Shown here piece after piece: positions 17,076 through 27,300 of a DNA stretch of 64,000 bases. The position numbers and the translations under genes were made by a program. How positions within the stretch are numbered: position 1 is the first letter of the stretch; every line of letters starts with the position of its first letter. The notes under the pieces are model-generated. The model saw nothing but the letters and a program-made list of their open reading frames with translations, was not told the DNA's origin and ran no database searches. The DNA lies in the NCBI GenBank assembly GCA_965221695.1, contig OZ244905.1, positions 1,504,001 through 1,568,000 on the forward strand, given 5' to 3'. Source of the stretch: Gammaproteobacteria bacterium. GTDB taxonomy: Bacteria > Pseudomonadota > Gammaproteobacteria > Eutrophobiales > Eutrophobiaceae.

Positions 17076-18740
17076 ATGAAACGCACGCGCGGTAAGAAAG
17101 GCCGCATCCAGGGTCGGATTACACCAAATAAGGCATTGGCCGAGGTACGGGAGCTGCTGGGAGACGCGCCGCGTACCCGCGACCTGCTGCTGGAACACCT
17201 GCACAAGCTGCAGGATCATTACGGACACCTGTCGCACCGCCACCTGCTGGCGCTTGCGATTGAAATGGAACTGCCCATGGCCGAGGTCTACGAGACAGCC
17301 ACCTTCTATCACCATTTCGATGTGTTGAAAGCCGACGATACCCCTCCGCCCGGTATTACCGTGCGGGTCTGTGAGTCGCTGACCTGTGAGATGTTCGGCG
17401 CAGCCGATTTGATCAACCAGCTTAACGCGACAACCGACTCCGACCAGGTCAGGATTCAGCCAGTGCCCTGTGTAGGCCGTTGCCATGCGGCGCCGGTCGC
17501 GGTGGTGGGCGCCAACCCGGTGGAACATGCGCAAACGGAAACGGTTGCCGCCGCCGTGAACAACAAGGCTACGGTATGCCCGCAACCGGACGCAATGCGC
17601 TACGCGGACTACCGCGCACAAGGCGGATACAAGCTGCTTGCGGAGTGCCGCAATGGCGGATACACGCCGGAACAGGTCATTGACATGCTGGAGACGGCCA
17701 ACCTGCGCGGCCTGGGCGGCGCCGGTTTCCCGGCAGGGCGAAAATGGCGCATCCTGCGCAGCCAAGCCCAACCCCGGCTGATTGCAGTCAACATCGACGA
17801 GGGCGAGCCGGGGACCTTCAAAGACCGTCACTACCTGGAACGCGATCCGCACCGTTTCATTGAAGGAACACTGATTGCGGCCTGGGCCATCGACGCGGAA
17901 GCGATCTATATCTACCTGCGTGATGAATACGCCGGCTGCCGCGCCCTGTTGCAGGCAGAACTGGCAGCATTGCAGGATGATCCGCCCTGCCCGCTGCCGC
18001 CGATCCACTTACGGCGCGGCGCCGGCGCTTATATCTGTGGCGAAGAATCCGCGATGCTCGAATCCATTGAAGGCAAACGCGGCATGCCGCGCCTGCGGCC
18101 GCCTTACGTAGCGGAAGTGGGTCTGTTCAACCGCCCTACCCTGGAACAGAACATGGAAACCCTGCACTGGGTGCGGGATATCATTGAGAACGGGCCCGAA
18201 TGGTTTACATCCAAGGGCCGGCGCGGCCGCAAGGGCTTGCGCTCGTTCTCGGTGAGCGGCAGAGTGCAGAACCCCGGCGTGCACGTGGCGCCGGCAGGAA
18301 CCACGATCCGCGAGCTGATCGAGGATTACTGTGGCGGCATGTTGCCCGGTCACGAATTTTACGGCTACTTCCCCGGTGGCGCCTCCGGCGGGATACTACC
18401 TGCTTCCCTGGACGATATACCGCTGGATTTCGACACCTTGCAGCCGCACGGCGCGTTCATCGGTTCAGCCGCGGTGATCGTGCTGTCCGACCAGGACAGC
18501 GCCCGCGCGCTGGCGCTGAACGCGATGCGCTTTTTTGAGGATGAATCCTGCGGCCAGTGCACACCTTGCCGGGCAGGTACGGCCAAGGCGGTGAAACTGA
18601 TGGAGAAACCGGAATGGGACCGGCTGTTGCTGGAAGATCTGGCGCAGGCCATGGAAGACGCATCAATCTGCGGGCTGGGCCAGGCCGCGCCAAACCCGTT
18701 GCGTTGCGCGATAAAGTATTTCCCGGAAGAATTTTCCTGA
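17076..18740 (+). CDS. NAD-dependent formate dehydrogenase flavoprotein subunit (NuoE-NuoF-like fusion)
   Basis: 2Fe-2S cysteines (VCESLTC, PCVGRC), GLGGAGFP, DEGEPGTFKDR, GAYICGEE, ESCGQCTPCR. Confidence 0.92.
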   Translation: MKRTRGKKGRIQGRITPNKALAEVRELLGDAPRTRDLLLEHLHKLQDHYGHLSHRHLLALAIEMELPMAEVYETATFYHHFDVLKADDTPPPGITVRVCESLTCEMFGAADLINQLNATTDSDQVRIQPVPCVGRCHAAPVAVVGANPVEHAQTETVAAAVNNKATVCPQPDAMRYADYRAQGGYKLLAECRNGGYTPEQVIDMLETANLRGLGGAGFPAGRKWRILRSQAQPRLIAVNIDEGEPGTFKDRHYLERDPHRFIEGTLIAAWAIDAEAIYIYLRDEYAGCRALLQAELAALQDDPPCPLPPIHLRRGAGAYICGEESAMLESIEGKRGMPRLRPPYVAEVGLFNRPTLEQNMETLHWVRDIIENGPEWFTSKGRRGRKGLRSFSVSGRVQNPGVHVAPAGTTIRELIEDYCGGMLPGHEFYGYFPGGASGGILPASLDDIPLDFDTLQPHGAFIGSAAVIVLSDQDSARALALNAMRFFEDESCGQCTPCRAGTAKAVKLMEKPEWDRLLLEDLAQAMEDASICGLGQAAPNPLRCAIKYFPEEFS

Positions 18741-18774
18741 GGCAATCCGCAGATGTTCCTTTGAAATGAGATAA

Positions 18775-21516
18775 ATGCACAAAGAAGACAATACGACAAT
18801 CCGGTTTTCCCTGAACGGGCGCGACATTGAGGCCGCAGCGGAAGAGACAATACTTGAGGCGGCGCAGCGTCATGGGGTCGAGATCCCGCGGCTGTGCTAT
18901 AAAGAAGGCTATCGCGCCGACGGTAACTGCCGCGCCTGCATGGTGGAGATCGAGGGCGAGCGCGCCCTGGCGCCGTCCTGTTGCCGCAATCCCGCAGCCG
19001 GCATGAAGGTGACCAGTGACTCGGATCGGGCGCTGCACTCGCAGAAAATGGTGCTGGAACTGTTGCTGGCCGACATGCCGCAACAGGGCGAGTCACCTTA
19101 CCGGCTGGATTCGGAACTGGATCACTGGGCATCAAAATTGAACGTGTTCTCGCCCCGCTTCGAAGCGCGGGAACCCGTCACATCGGACCACTCGCATCCT
19201 GCCATCGCGGTTAACCTCGATGCCTGTATCCAGTGTACCCGTTGCGTGCGCGCCTGCCGCGAAGAACAGGTAAACGACGTTATCGGTTACGCACATCGGG
19301 GTAAACACTCCGAAATTGTGTTCGATATGGGCGACCTGATGGGCGAGAGCACCTGCGTGGCTTGCGGCGAGTGCGTGCAGGCCTGCCCCACCGGCGCGCT
19401 GATGCCGGCCCGGAACGTCGGGCTGGTGGAACCGGACAGGCAGGTCGATTCCGTTTGCCCGTATTGCGGTGTGGGCTGCCTGCTGACATACAACGTGAAG
19501 AACGGCCACATTCAGTATGTCGAAGGCCGTGATGGCCCCTCCAATCAAAGCCGCCTGTGCGTCAAGGGGCGATATGGTTTCGACTATGTTCATCACCCCG
19601 CGCGCCTGACGCGGCCACTGGTCCGGAAGCCGGGCACGCCCAAGACCACGGAAATCATCCCGTCCCGGGCGTTGCACCGCTATTTTCGCGAGGCAACCTG
19701 GGAAGAAGCCCTGGACCTGGCGGCCGCCGGGCTGCGTTCTATCCGCGACACGCAGGGATCGCAAGCCCTGGCCGGGTTCGGCTGCGCCAAGGGGAGCAAC
19801 GAGGAAGCCTACCTGTTCCAGAAGCTGGTACGCACCGGTTTCGGTACGAATAACGTGGACCATTGTACCCGCCTGTGCCATGCCTCCTCGGTAGCGGCGC
19901 TGCTGGAGACCATCGGCTCCGGCGCAGTCTCCAACCAGGTGGCTGACGGCACCCAGGCTGAGGTCATCATCGTGATCGGCGCCCGGCCCAATGATAACCA
20001 TCCGGTGGCGGCCACGTTCATGAAGAATGCGGCCCTGAACGGCAGCAAACTGGTCGTGATCGAGCCTTACAGCTCCGAGATGTACCTGCACGCCCATGAG
20101 TTCCTGCAACTGCGTCCGGGCACGGATGTGCTGCTGCTGAATGGCATGATGCACACCATCATCGACGAGGAATTGCAGGACCAGGCGTTTATCGATGCCC
20201 ATACCGACGGGTTCGACGCGCTGCGGGAAACAGTACGGGAGTACAGCCCGGAGAAAGTGTCGCCGCTGTGCGGTATCGCTGCGGAGACCATCCGGGAGAC
20301 GGCGCGCCTGTATGCGACCGCAAAATCCGCGATCATCTTCTGGGGCATGGGCATTTCACAACATACGCACGGAACGGACAACGCCCGCTGCCTGATCTCG
20401 CTGGCGTTGATGACTGGGCAGATCGGACGGCCCGGCACCGGGCTGCATCCGCTACGCGGCCAGAACAACGTACAAGGGGCGTCCGACATGGGTCTTATCC
20501 CGATGGTTTACCCCGACTACCAGTCTGTGCAAGACCCTGCGGTGAAAAGCAAGTTCGAGGAATTTTGGGGCACGGAACTTGATCCGGAAAGCGGCAAAAC
20601 GGTGGTTGAGATCATGCACAGCGTGCATGACGGGGATATCACCGGCATGTACATCATGGGTGAGAATCCGGCGATGTCCGATCCCAACCTGGCGCACGCC
20701 AGGGAAGCGCTCACCAGGCTGGAGCATCTCGTGGTGCAGGATATCTTCTTCACCGAAACCTGCGGCTTTGCCGATGTGATCCTGCCGGCCTCCGCGTTCC
20801 CGGAGAAAACCGGCACGTATACCAACACCGATCGTCGGGTACAACTGGGAAGGCAGGCCGTCAGCCCACCCGGCGCGGCGCGTCAGGATCTCCGGATTAT
20901 CCAGGAACTGGCTCGGCGCCTTGGCCTTAACTGGCGCTACGCCGGCCCGGAAGCCGTATTCGAGGAGATCAGGCAAGCCGTGCCGAGTATGGCGGGCATG
21001 ACCTGGGCGCGCCTGGAAGAAGAGGATTCACTTACCTACCCCCTGCTCAGCGAGGGCGACCCGGGCGAACCGATCATCTTCAAAGACGGGTTTTTCCCGA
21101 CCGCCAACGGCAAGGGGCGTTTCGTTGCGGCTGAGTATATCGAGGCAGCCGAACTGCCCGATGAGACACATCCATTCATCTTCATGACCGGGCGGCAACT
21201 GGAACACTGGCACACCGGCACGATGACACGCCACTCTCGGGTGTTGAACACGATAGAGCCCTGGCCCTATGTCCTGGTCAATCCCGAGGACCTGCGTCGG
21301 CTGGACATGGAATCCGGCGACCTGCTGGCCATTGAATCCCGGCGCGGCGCGCTGACCGTCGCCACCCGCGTGGACGAAGGCATGCAAAAAGGTGTCTTCA
21401 TGATGCCGTTCACCTACCACGAAGCCGCGGCAAACCTGCTCACCAACGACGCCCTCGACCCCTTCGGCAAGATCCCGGAGTTCAAGTTCTGTGCAATACG
21501 GGTGAGCAAACATTGA
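18775..21516 (+). CDS. Formate dehydrogenase alpha subunit (Mo/W-bis-MGD, Cys-ligated)
   Basis: N-terminal 2Fe-2S/4Fe-4S motifs (CIQCTRC, CVACGEC), CPYCGVGC, DHCTRLCH, PLRGQNNVQG. Beta-alpha layout resembles Methylorubrum Fdh1. Confidence 0.93.
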   Translation: MHKEDNTTIRFSLNGRDIEAAAEETILEAAQRHGVEIPRLCYKEGYRADGNCRACMVEIEGERALAPSCCRNPAAGMKVTSDSDRALHSQKMVLELLLADMPQQGESPYRLDSELDHWASKLNVFSPRFEAREPVTSDHSHPAIAVNLDACIQCTRCVRACREEQVNDVIGYAHRGKHSEIVFDMGDLMGESTCVACGECVQACPTGALMPARNVGLVEPDRQVDSVCPYCGVGCLLTYNVKNGHIQYVEGRDGPSNQSRLCVKGRYGFDYVHHPARLTRPLVRKPGTPKTTEIIPSRALHRYFREATWEEALDLAAAGLRSIRDTQGSQALAGFGCAKGSNEEAYLFQKLVRTGFGTNNVDHCTRLCHASSVAALLETIGSGAVSNQVADGTQAEVIIVIGARPNDNHPVAATFMKNAALNGSKLVVIEPYSSEMYLHAHEFLQLRPGTDVLLLNGMMHTIIDEELQDQAFIDAHTDGFDALRETVREYSPEKVSPLCGIAAETIRETARLYATAKSAIIFWGMGISQHTHGTDNARCLISLALMTGQIGRPGTGLHPLRGQNNVQGASDMGLIPMVYPDYQSVQDPAVKSKFEEFWGTELDPESGKTVVEIMHSVHDGDITGMYIMGENPAMSDPNLAHAREALTRLEHLVVQDIFFTETCGFADVILPASAFPEKTGTYTNTDRRVQLGRQAVSPPGAARQDLRIIQELARRLGLNWRYAGPEAVFEEIRQAVPSMAGMTWARLEEEDSLTYPLLSEGDPGEPIIFKDGFFPTANGKGRFVAAEYIEAAELPDETHPFIFMTGRQLEHWHTGTMTRHSRVLNTIEPWPYVLVNPEDLRRLDMESGDLLAIESRRGALTVATRVDEGMQKGVFMMPFTYHEAAANLLTNDALDPFGKIPEFKFCAIRVSKH

Positions 21517-21519
21517 ATT

Positions 21520-21700
21520 TGTGTCGCCCAGGGGCGACCAGTTGTTTCACTGGATTCCCGCTTTCACGGGAATGGGAGGGGGGCACTTCCGCGAACACTG
21601 CCACAGCACCACTCCCGCGGAAGCGGGAGTCCAATGTAATACTGTGTCGCCCGCAGGGCGACCCGTTGTTTCACTGGATTCCCGCTTTCGCGGGAATGGG
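21520..21700. repeat. dRS3/REP-like palindrome cluster (1.5 copies of a REPIN-like unit)
   Basis: CTGGATTCCCGCTTTC(A/G)CGGGAATGG twice, an inverted copy CCACTCCCGCGGAAGCGGGAGTCCA, and two GTCGCCC..GGGCGAC hairpins. Confidence 0.9.
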
Positions 21701-21748
21701 ATAGGGGCGCTAGCGGGGGAATAGGATGGAGTGCGTGCCCGCTTGTTG

Positions 21749-21757
21749 TGATATAAT
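21749..21757 (+). promoter_or_regulatory. Extended -10 promoter candidate for yajC-secDF
   Basis: TGaTATAAT about 30 nt before the yajC ATG. Confidence 0.45.
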
Positions 21758-21787
21758 GTTCAACCTATTTCAGAAAACGTCGAACAG

Positions 21788-22114
21788 ATGATTGATTTCT
21801 TCATAAACAGCGCATGGGCACAGGCTGGCGGACAGGGCGGGGGTGGTTCCTTCCTGTTCATGATGCTCTTGTTTTTTGTTATATTTTACTTCTTCCTGAT
21901 CCGGCCGCAGATGAAACAGGCCAAGGAGCACAAGCAACTGGTCAGCAACCTGGCGAAAGGCGATGAAGTGACCACCAATGGCGGCGTGCTGGGGAAGATT
22001 AACCAGGTGGGAGATAATTTTATCGTGCTGGAAATTGCCCAGGGCACCGAGATCAAGGTGCAGAAGCAGGCCGTTAACGCGGTCCTGCCGAAGGGAACGC
22101 TGAAAACCCTCTGA
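21788..22114 (+). CDS. yajC: Preprotein translocase subunit YajC
   Basis: 'FYFFLIRPQ..K.H..L..L.KGDEV.T.GG..G'; upstream of secDF. Confidence 0.97.
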   Translation: MIDFFINSAWAQAGGQGGGGSFLFMMLLFFVIFYFFLIRPQMKQAKEHKQLVSNLAKGDEVTTNGGVLGKINQVGDNFIVLEIAQGTEIKVQKQAVNAVLPKGTLKTL

Positions 22115-22248
22115 AGCGCGTTACAGATATCATCCCAGTTGTTCATGGACTGCCATCTCAAAACTCCAATTCATAAGGTACGCCGCAAGGACATGGATAT
22201 TTCACTGACTTTCCACCCGCGCCTAGAGACGCGCAAAGTTAACTGCCG

Positions 22249-24108
22249 ATGAACCGTTACCCTCTCTGGAAATACCTGCTGATCTGTGTCGTCATTGCAG
22301 TCGGCTGCTTGTACGCGCTGCCCAATATATACGGCAAGGACCCGGCTTTGCAGGTTTCTGCGTCGCGCGGCGGCGAGGTTAGCGAACTGACCCGCTATGC
22401 CGTGGAAGATGCCCTGGACACGGCAGGTATCGAATACGGCGCTATCACTGTGGGGCAGGGGAACCTGGTGGTCAGGTTTGCGGATGAGGGAACCCAACTC
22501 AAGGCCCAGGATGTGGTAAAGGAAGCGCTGGGCCGCACCCATACCGTAGCGCTGAACCTGGCGCCGGCAACGCCGGGCTGGCTGCGCACGCTGGGCGCCG
22601 AACCCATGTTCCTGGGCCTGGACCTGCGCGGTGGCGTGCACTTCCTGATGCAAGTGGACATGGAAGCGGCGATCGTCAAGGCGGAAGAGCGGTACGTTTC
22701 GGACATCAGGACGCAACTGCGAGACGAGCGCATCCGCTACCGGACCATCACCCGGCGCAGGGACGGTGGTTTGCTGATCCGCTTCCGCGACGCCGAACAG
22801 CGCCGTCTGGGCATCATAGAAATAGAAGACAGTTTCACCGACCTGGAGCTGGAGCAACCCGGGTCCGAGAGCGACGAGTTTCCCCTGCTGGCCCGTCTCA
22901 GTGACAATGCGGTAAAGGAAACCCGGCGGCTGGCGCTGCAGCAGAACATCACCACCTTACGCAAACGGGTGAACGAACTGGGCGTGGCCGAACCGATTAT
23001 TCAGCAGCAGGGGCTGGAGCGCGTGGTCGTGCAATTGCCGGGGGTGCAGGACACTGCCCGGGCAAAAGAGATCCTGGGCGCTACCGCAACCCTGGAATTC
23101 CGCATGACCGACGAGGAGCGTTCCGTGCAGGATGCGCTGGATGGGCGCGTGCCTGCCGGTTCCCGGCTGTATTATGAACGGGGCGGCAACCCGGTACTGC
23201 TGAAGAAAGAGGTCATGCTCACCGGCGACTATATCATCGACGCCGCAGCCGGTTTCGATGGCGTCACTGGCAGTCCCAATGTTTCCATCACCCTGGACGG
23301 CAAGGGCGCGAAACGCTTCAGCGACGCCACCGCCGAGGAGGTGGGCAGGAACATGGCCGTGGTGTTTATCGAAAACAAAACCGAGACCGTGGAGCAGGAT
23401 GGAGAAATGGTGAAACGCCGGGAAACCATTGAGGAAGTCATCAACGTGGCCACCATTCGGGAACAACTGGGCAAACGCTTCCAGATCACCGGCCTGGACA
23501 CTACCGAGGAATCCCGTAACCTGGCGCTGTTGCTGCGTGCCGGCGCGCTGGCGGCGCCCATCGAGATCATCGAAGAACGTACCGTGGGTCCTAGCCTGGG
23601 CCAGGACAATATTGACAAGGGTTTCCTGTCGGTCAAGATCGGGTTCATCCTGGTGCTGATCTTCATGGCAGTATGGTACAAGGCTTTTGGCCTGGCTGCG
23701 GATGTGGCCCTGGCGCTGAACCTGGTGCTGATCGTTGCCCTGTTGTCGATGCTGCAGGCAACACTTACCTTGCCGGGTATTGCCGGGATCGTACTGACCG
23801 TCGGTATGGCGGTGGATGCCAATGTGCTCATCTTCCAGCGTATCCGCGAAGAGATCCAGAACGGCAATTCGCCCCAGGCCAGCATCCACGCGGGCTATGA
23901 AAAAGCGTTCACCACCATCGCCGACGCCAACATCACAACCCTGTTTGCAGCCATTGTACTGTTCAGTTTCGGCACCGGCCCAATCAAGGGATTTGCGGTT
24001 ACCCTGTCCCTGGGCATAGTGTGCTCAATGTTTACCGCGATCATGGTGACCCGCGGCATAGTAAACCTGATTTACGGCGGCAGGAAGCTGCGCAAGCTGG
24101 TGATCTGA
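22249..24108 (+). CDS. secD: Protein translocase subunit SecD
   Basis: MNRYPLWKY, LGLDLRGG, ERTVGPSLG, GMAVDANVLI. Confidence 0.98.
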   Translation: MNRYPLWKYLLICVVIAVGCLYALPNIYGKDPALQVSASRGGEVSELTRYAVEDALDTAGIEYGAITVGQGNLVVRFADEGTQLKAQDVVKEALGRTHTVALNLAPATPGWLRTLGAEPMFLGLDLRGGVHFLMQVDMEAAIVKAEERYVSDIRTQLRDERIRYRTITRRRDGGLLIRFRDAEQRRLGIIEIEDSFTDLELEQPGSESDEFPLLARLSDNAVKETRRLALQQNITTLRKRVNELGVAEPIIQQQGLERVVVQLPGVQDTARAKEILGATATLEFRMTDEERSVQDALDGRVPAGSRLYYERGGNPVLLKKEVMLTGDYIIDAAAGFDGVTGSPNVSITLDGKGAKRFSDATAEEVGRNMAVVFIENKTETVEQDGEMVKRRETIEEVINVATIREQLGKRFQITGLDTTEESRNLALLLRAGALAAPIEIIEERTVGPSLGQDNIDKGFLSVKIGFILVLIFMAVWYKAFGLAADVALALNLVLIVALLSMLQATLTLPGIAGIVLTVGMAVDANVLIFQRIREEIQNGNSPQASIHAGYEKAFTTIADANITTLFAAIVLFSFGTGPIKGFAVTLSLGIVCSMFTAIMVTRGIVNLIYGGRKLRKLVI

Positions 24109-24130
24109 GCAACCGTATGCGCACTGTCCG

Positions 24131-25045
24131 ATGAAATTACCGACACAAAGATTCAACTTTGACTTCATGGGCAAACGCAAGGTTGCGGCGCTGTTCTCCG
24201 CGTTGCTGCTCAGCGTTTCCATCACCTCCCTGGTCACGCAGAAACTCAATTTCGGCATTGATTTCACCGGCGGCACGCTGGTGGAGGTCGGTTACAGCGA
24301 GACCGTGGAACTGAACGAGGTGAGGAGCGTGCTGTCCGCCACCGAGTTCAGGGATGCGGTGGTCCAGTATTTCGGTTCCGCCAACGACATCTTGATCCGG
24401 GTCGCCCAGGTTGAGGGCATGAACAGCGCGGACATCAGTAACGAGATAATTGGAGTCCTGGAACAATCCGGCCATGCGGTCGAGGTTCGGCGCGTAGAAT
24501 TCGTCGGTCCCCAGGTGGGCGAAGACCTGCAGGAAGACGGCGGGCTGGCGTTGATCTATGCGCTGATCATGGTTTTCATTTATATTGCGTTCCGCTTCCA
24601 GCGGCTGTTTTCCGTCGGCGCGATTGCCGCGCTGGTGCATGACGTTATCATCACCGTCGGCATCTTTTCTGTGTTGCAACTCGATTTCGACCTGACCGTG
24701 CTGGCGGCGCTGTTGGCGGTTATCGGTTATTCGCTCAACGATACCATCGTGGTCTTCGACCGTATTCGGGAAAATTTTCGCCGCATACGCAAGGGCGCGC
24801 CGGTCGAGATCGTCAACGCGTCGTTGAACCAGACCCTGACCCGCACCTTGATCACCTCCCTGACCACCTTGCTGGTATTATCCGCGCTGTTCTTCCTGGG
24901 AGGCGAACTCATACGTCCATTCTCAAGCGCGCTGATCATCGGCGTCATCATCGGCACCTATTCCTCCATATACGTTGCCAGCCCCGTCACCCTGGCGCTG
25001 GGCATCAGCAAACAGGACCTGATGCCGGTTGAAAAAGAGGAATAA
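24131..25045 (+). CDS. secF: Protein translocase subunit SecF
   Basis: GIDFTGG, EFVGPQVG, GYSLNDTIVVFDRIREN. Confidence 0.98.
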   Translation: MKLPTQRFNFDFMGKRKVAALFSALLLSVSITSLVTQKLNFGIDFTGGTLVEVGYSETVELNEVRSVLSATEFRDAVVQYFGSANDILIRVAQVEGMNSADISNEIIGVLEQSGHAVEVRRVEFVGPQVGEDLQEDGGLALIYALIMVFIYIAFRFQRLFSVGAIAALVHDVIITVGIFSVLQLDFDLTVLAALLAVIGYSLNDTIVVFDRIRENFRRIRKGAPVEIVNASLNQTLTRTLITSLTTLLVLSALFFLGGELIRPFSSALIIGVIIGTYSSIYVASPVTLALGISKQDLMPVEKEE

Positions 25046-25113
25046 CATGCGGTCAGCGTAAAACCGGAACACAGTGGTCAGAAACGGCCCGTTGTTTCCT
25101 GTTGATACCTGAT

Positions 25114-26256
25114 ATGAAGATCACCGCAGACAGCGCCATCCCCTATGCCGAGCGCCTTTTTTCGACCCTGGGCGAGGTGGAACCGGTAGACACCGCGGCG
25201 CTCAGCGCTGATTCACTTAGTGATACCGATTGCCTGGTAATCCGCTCGGTAACCAGGGTGGACCGGGACCTGCTGGACGGCACAAAAGTACGCTGTGTCG
25301 CCAGCGCCTCGAGCGGAATTGACCATGTGGACCAGGATTACCTGCATTCTCGGGGCATCCCGCTGTTATCCGCAACAGGTTGCAACGCCCGCGCGGTCGC
25401 CGAATACGTGCTCAGTTGCCTGTTCGTACTGGCGCAACAATACGGCGTGGAACTGGAAGACAAAACCGTTGGTATTATCGGCTGCGGCCAGGTGGGCGGA
25501 CAGTTACGCAGATTGTTGCGGCTGCTGGGTATCGAGACCCGGGTCTACGACCCGTTTATCAGGGATGAAAACGGTCATTTTAACTTCCGGAACCTGGAGC
25601 AAGCGCTGTCCTCGGACATAATCAGCCTGCATGTTCCGCTGACGCGGTCTGGCGACTACCCCACCGCGCGCATGGTTGACCGAGAATTCCTAGACAAGCT
25701 GAAGCCTGATGTCATCTTCATCAATACTGCGCGCGGCGCGGTCGTGCACGAACAGGACCTTATCGATTTCGCCGGGCGCAACCCGGCGTGCCGCCTGGCG
25801 CTGGATGTCTGGGACAACGAACCCGAAATCAATATTGAACTGCTGGGGCACACGGCGCTGGCCACGCCTCATGTGGCCGGCTACAGCGCCCGGGCGAAAC
25901 TGAATGCTACGCGCATGACTTATGAGCAGGTCTGTGCCTGGGTCGGCGCGCCGGCCGCGGCGGCAGACGATACAGTAATGCCGGGAGAGCAGATGGAGTT
26001 CAACCTATCCGGATTCGACGAGCCTTTCGATGCCGTCAGGCTGGCCGTCCTGGCCTGTTATGACGTGCGCACGGATTGCGCAGCGTTCAGGGAGATAGAA
26101 TCCGTTGGCGGGCACTGCAGGAGTGATTTTTTTACGACAGCAAGAGCAGATTATTCTTTCAGGCGGGAATTTCCCGATTTGCGGGTAGTCCTGCCCGGTA
26201 ATGACCGCGGCATACGTGATCAATTGTCCGGCCTGGGATTTGACGTTGTCGGTTAA
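25114..26256 (+). CDS. pdxB: Erythronate-4-phosphate dehydrogenase
   Basis: MKI.AD..IPY, RSVT.V, G.DHVD, GCNA.AVAEYV, LDVW..EP, TPHVAGYS. Confidence 0.92.
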   Translation: MKITADSAIPYAERLFSTLGEVEPVDTAALSADSLSDTDCLVIRSVTRVDRDLLDGTKVRCVASASSGIDHVDQDYLHSRGIPLLSATGCNARAVAEYVLSCLFVLAQQYGVELEDKTVGIIGCGQVGGQLRRLLRLLGIETRVYDPFIRDENGHFNFRNLEQALSSDIISLHVPLTRSGDYPTARMVDREFLDKLKPDVIFINTARGAVVHEQDLIDFAGRNPACRLALDVWDNEPEINIELLGHTALATPHVAGYSARAKLNATRMTYEQVCAWVGAPAAAADDTVMPGEQMEFNLSGFDEPFDAVRLAVLACYDVRTDCAAFREIESVGGHCRSDFFTTARADYSFRREFPDLRVVLPGNDRGIRDQLSGLGFDVVG

Positions 26257-26260
26257 CCCG

Positions 26261-26857
26261 GTGAACCTCGGGTTTCTGGCCTCCCATAACGGCAGCAACA
26301 TGCAGGCCGTTATCGATGCCTGCCGCTCGGGGAGACTGGCTGCGAGTCCTGTGGTGGTCATCAGCAACAATGTGGATTCCGGCGCCTTGGAACGCGCCCG
26401 TAACGAAAGAATCCCCTGTTATCACCTGAGCAACCGCACCCACCCGGACCCCGAGGACCTGGACAGGCAAATCGTCGATGTCCTGCTCGAACATGGGGTC
26501 AACCTGGTGATTCTGGCCGGGTACATGAAGAAAATCGGCCCCGTGACGCTGGCGACATTCCCCGGCCATATCCTGAACATCCATCCGGGCCTGTTGCCCG
26601 ACTTCGGTGGCCAGGGCATGTATGGCCGGCGCGTGCATGAAGCCGTACTGGCCGCGGGCGCCGGGACCACCGGCGCGACCGTCCACGTGGTGGACGCGAT
26701 CTACGATAACGGCCCGATACTCGCGCAAAAGAAAGTCAAGGTAAAAAAGACGGATACGGCAGACAGCCTGGCCCGGCGCGTGCTGGCGCTGGAGCATGAA
26801 CTCTACGTGGAGACTATTGACCGGATAATCCGCGCGGAGATACGGCTTCCAGGGTAA
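26261..26857 (+). CDS. purN: Phosphoribosylglycinamide formyltransferase
   Basis: ASHNGSNMQA, LAGYMK, NIHPGLLP.FGG.GMYG, GATVH.V...YD.GPI; probable GTG start at 26261. Confidence 0.93.
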   Translation: MNLGFLASHNGSNMQAVIDACRSGRLAASPVVVISNNVDSGALERARNERIPCYHLSNRTHPDPEDLDRQIVDVLLEHGVNLVILAGYMKKIGPVTLATFPGHILNIHPGLLPDFGGQGMYGRRVHEAVLAAGAGTTGATVHVVDAIYDNGPILAQKKVKVKKTDTADSLARRVLALEHELYVETIDRIIRAEIRLPG

Positions 26858-26886
26858 GACAGGTCATGATGGTTTTCTGACCTGTT

Positions 26887-27300
26887 TTACTCAACCGTTA
26901 TCGTAATCTGTTCTGACATCACCGCAGGTTCATGGGGAATGTGGGCAAAATCTCCCAACAGAAGTTGCAGTGTGTGTTCCCCCGGAGGCAACTCCAGCGT
27001 AACTTCCGTCTGGCCACCGCCAAAATGCAGGTGGTTAGCGTCATTGATGATGGGAAAATCGAGCGCCGGCAACTCCGTGTTCACCAGCAAGTGATGGTGG
27101 CCGCTGTTGTCGTACTTGATGCCGGCGGGCGCTACGCCCATGTTCTTCAGCCCGAAGCGGACGGTGACCGGATTTGACACCGTTGCGCCGGCGGCAGGCG
27201 AGATGAAATAAAGTTCGGCATTCTCCGGAGCAGGAGTTCGCTGTTGGGCGAATACGGAAAATGCACATACGGCAAGGAGCAAGAAAACCAGTTTATTCAT
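26887..27300 (-). CDS. DUF4399 exported protein
   Basis: Signal peptide; 'VRFGL..MGVAPAG....SGHHHLLV...HFGGGQTE..L.L.PGEHTLQL..GD..H'. Confidence 0.85.
   Translation of the reverse strand: MNKLVFLLLAVCAFSVFAQQRTPAPENAELYFISPAAGATVSNPVTVRFGLKNMGVAPAGIKYDNSGHHHLLVNTELPALDFPIINDANHLHFGGGQTEVTLELPPGEHTLQLLLGDFAHIPHEPAVMSEQITITVE

Noticed and set aside
19850-19890. Selenocysteine in FDH alpha, or selenium use implied by the SBP56 name
   Set aside because: The active-site codon is TGC (RLCH); there is no in-frame TGA in FDH or mtoX.
21520-21700. Possible CRISPR mini-array
   Set aside because: Repeats occur in both orientations, there is no regular repeat-spacer period and no cas genes; REP-like instead.
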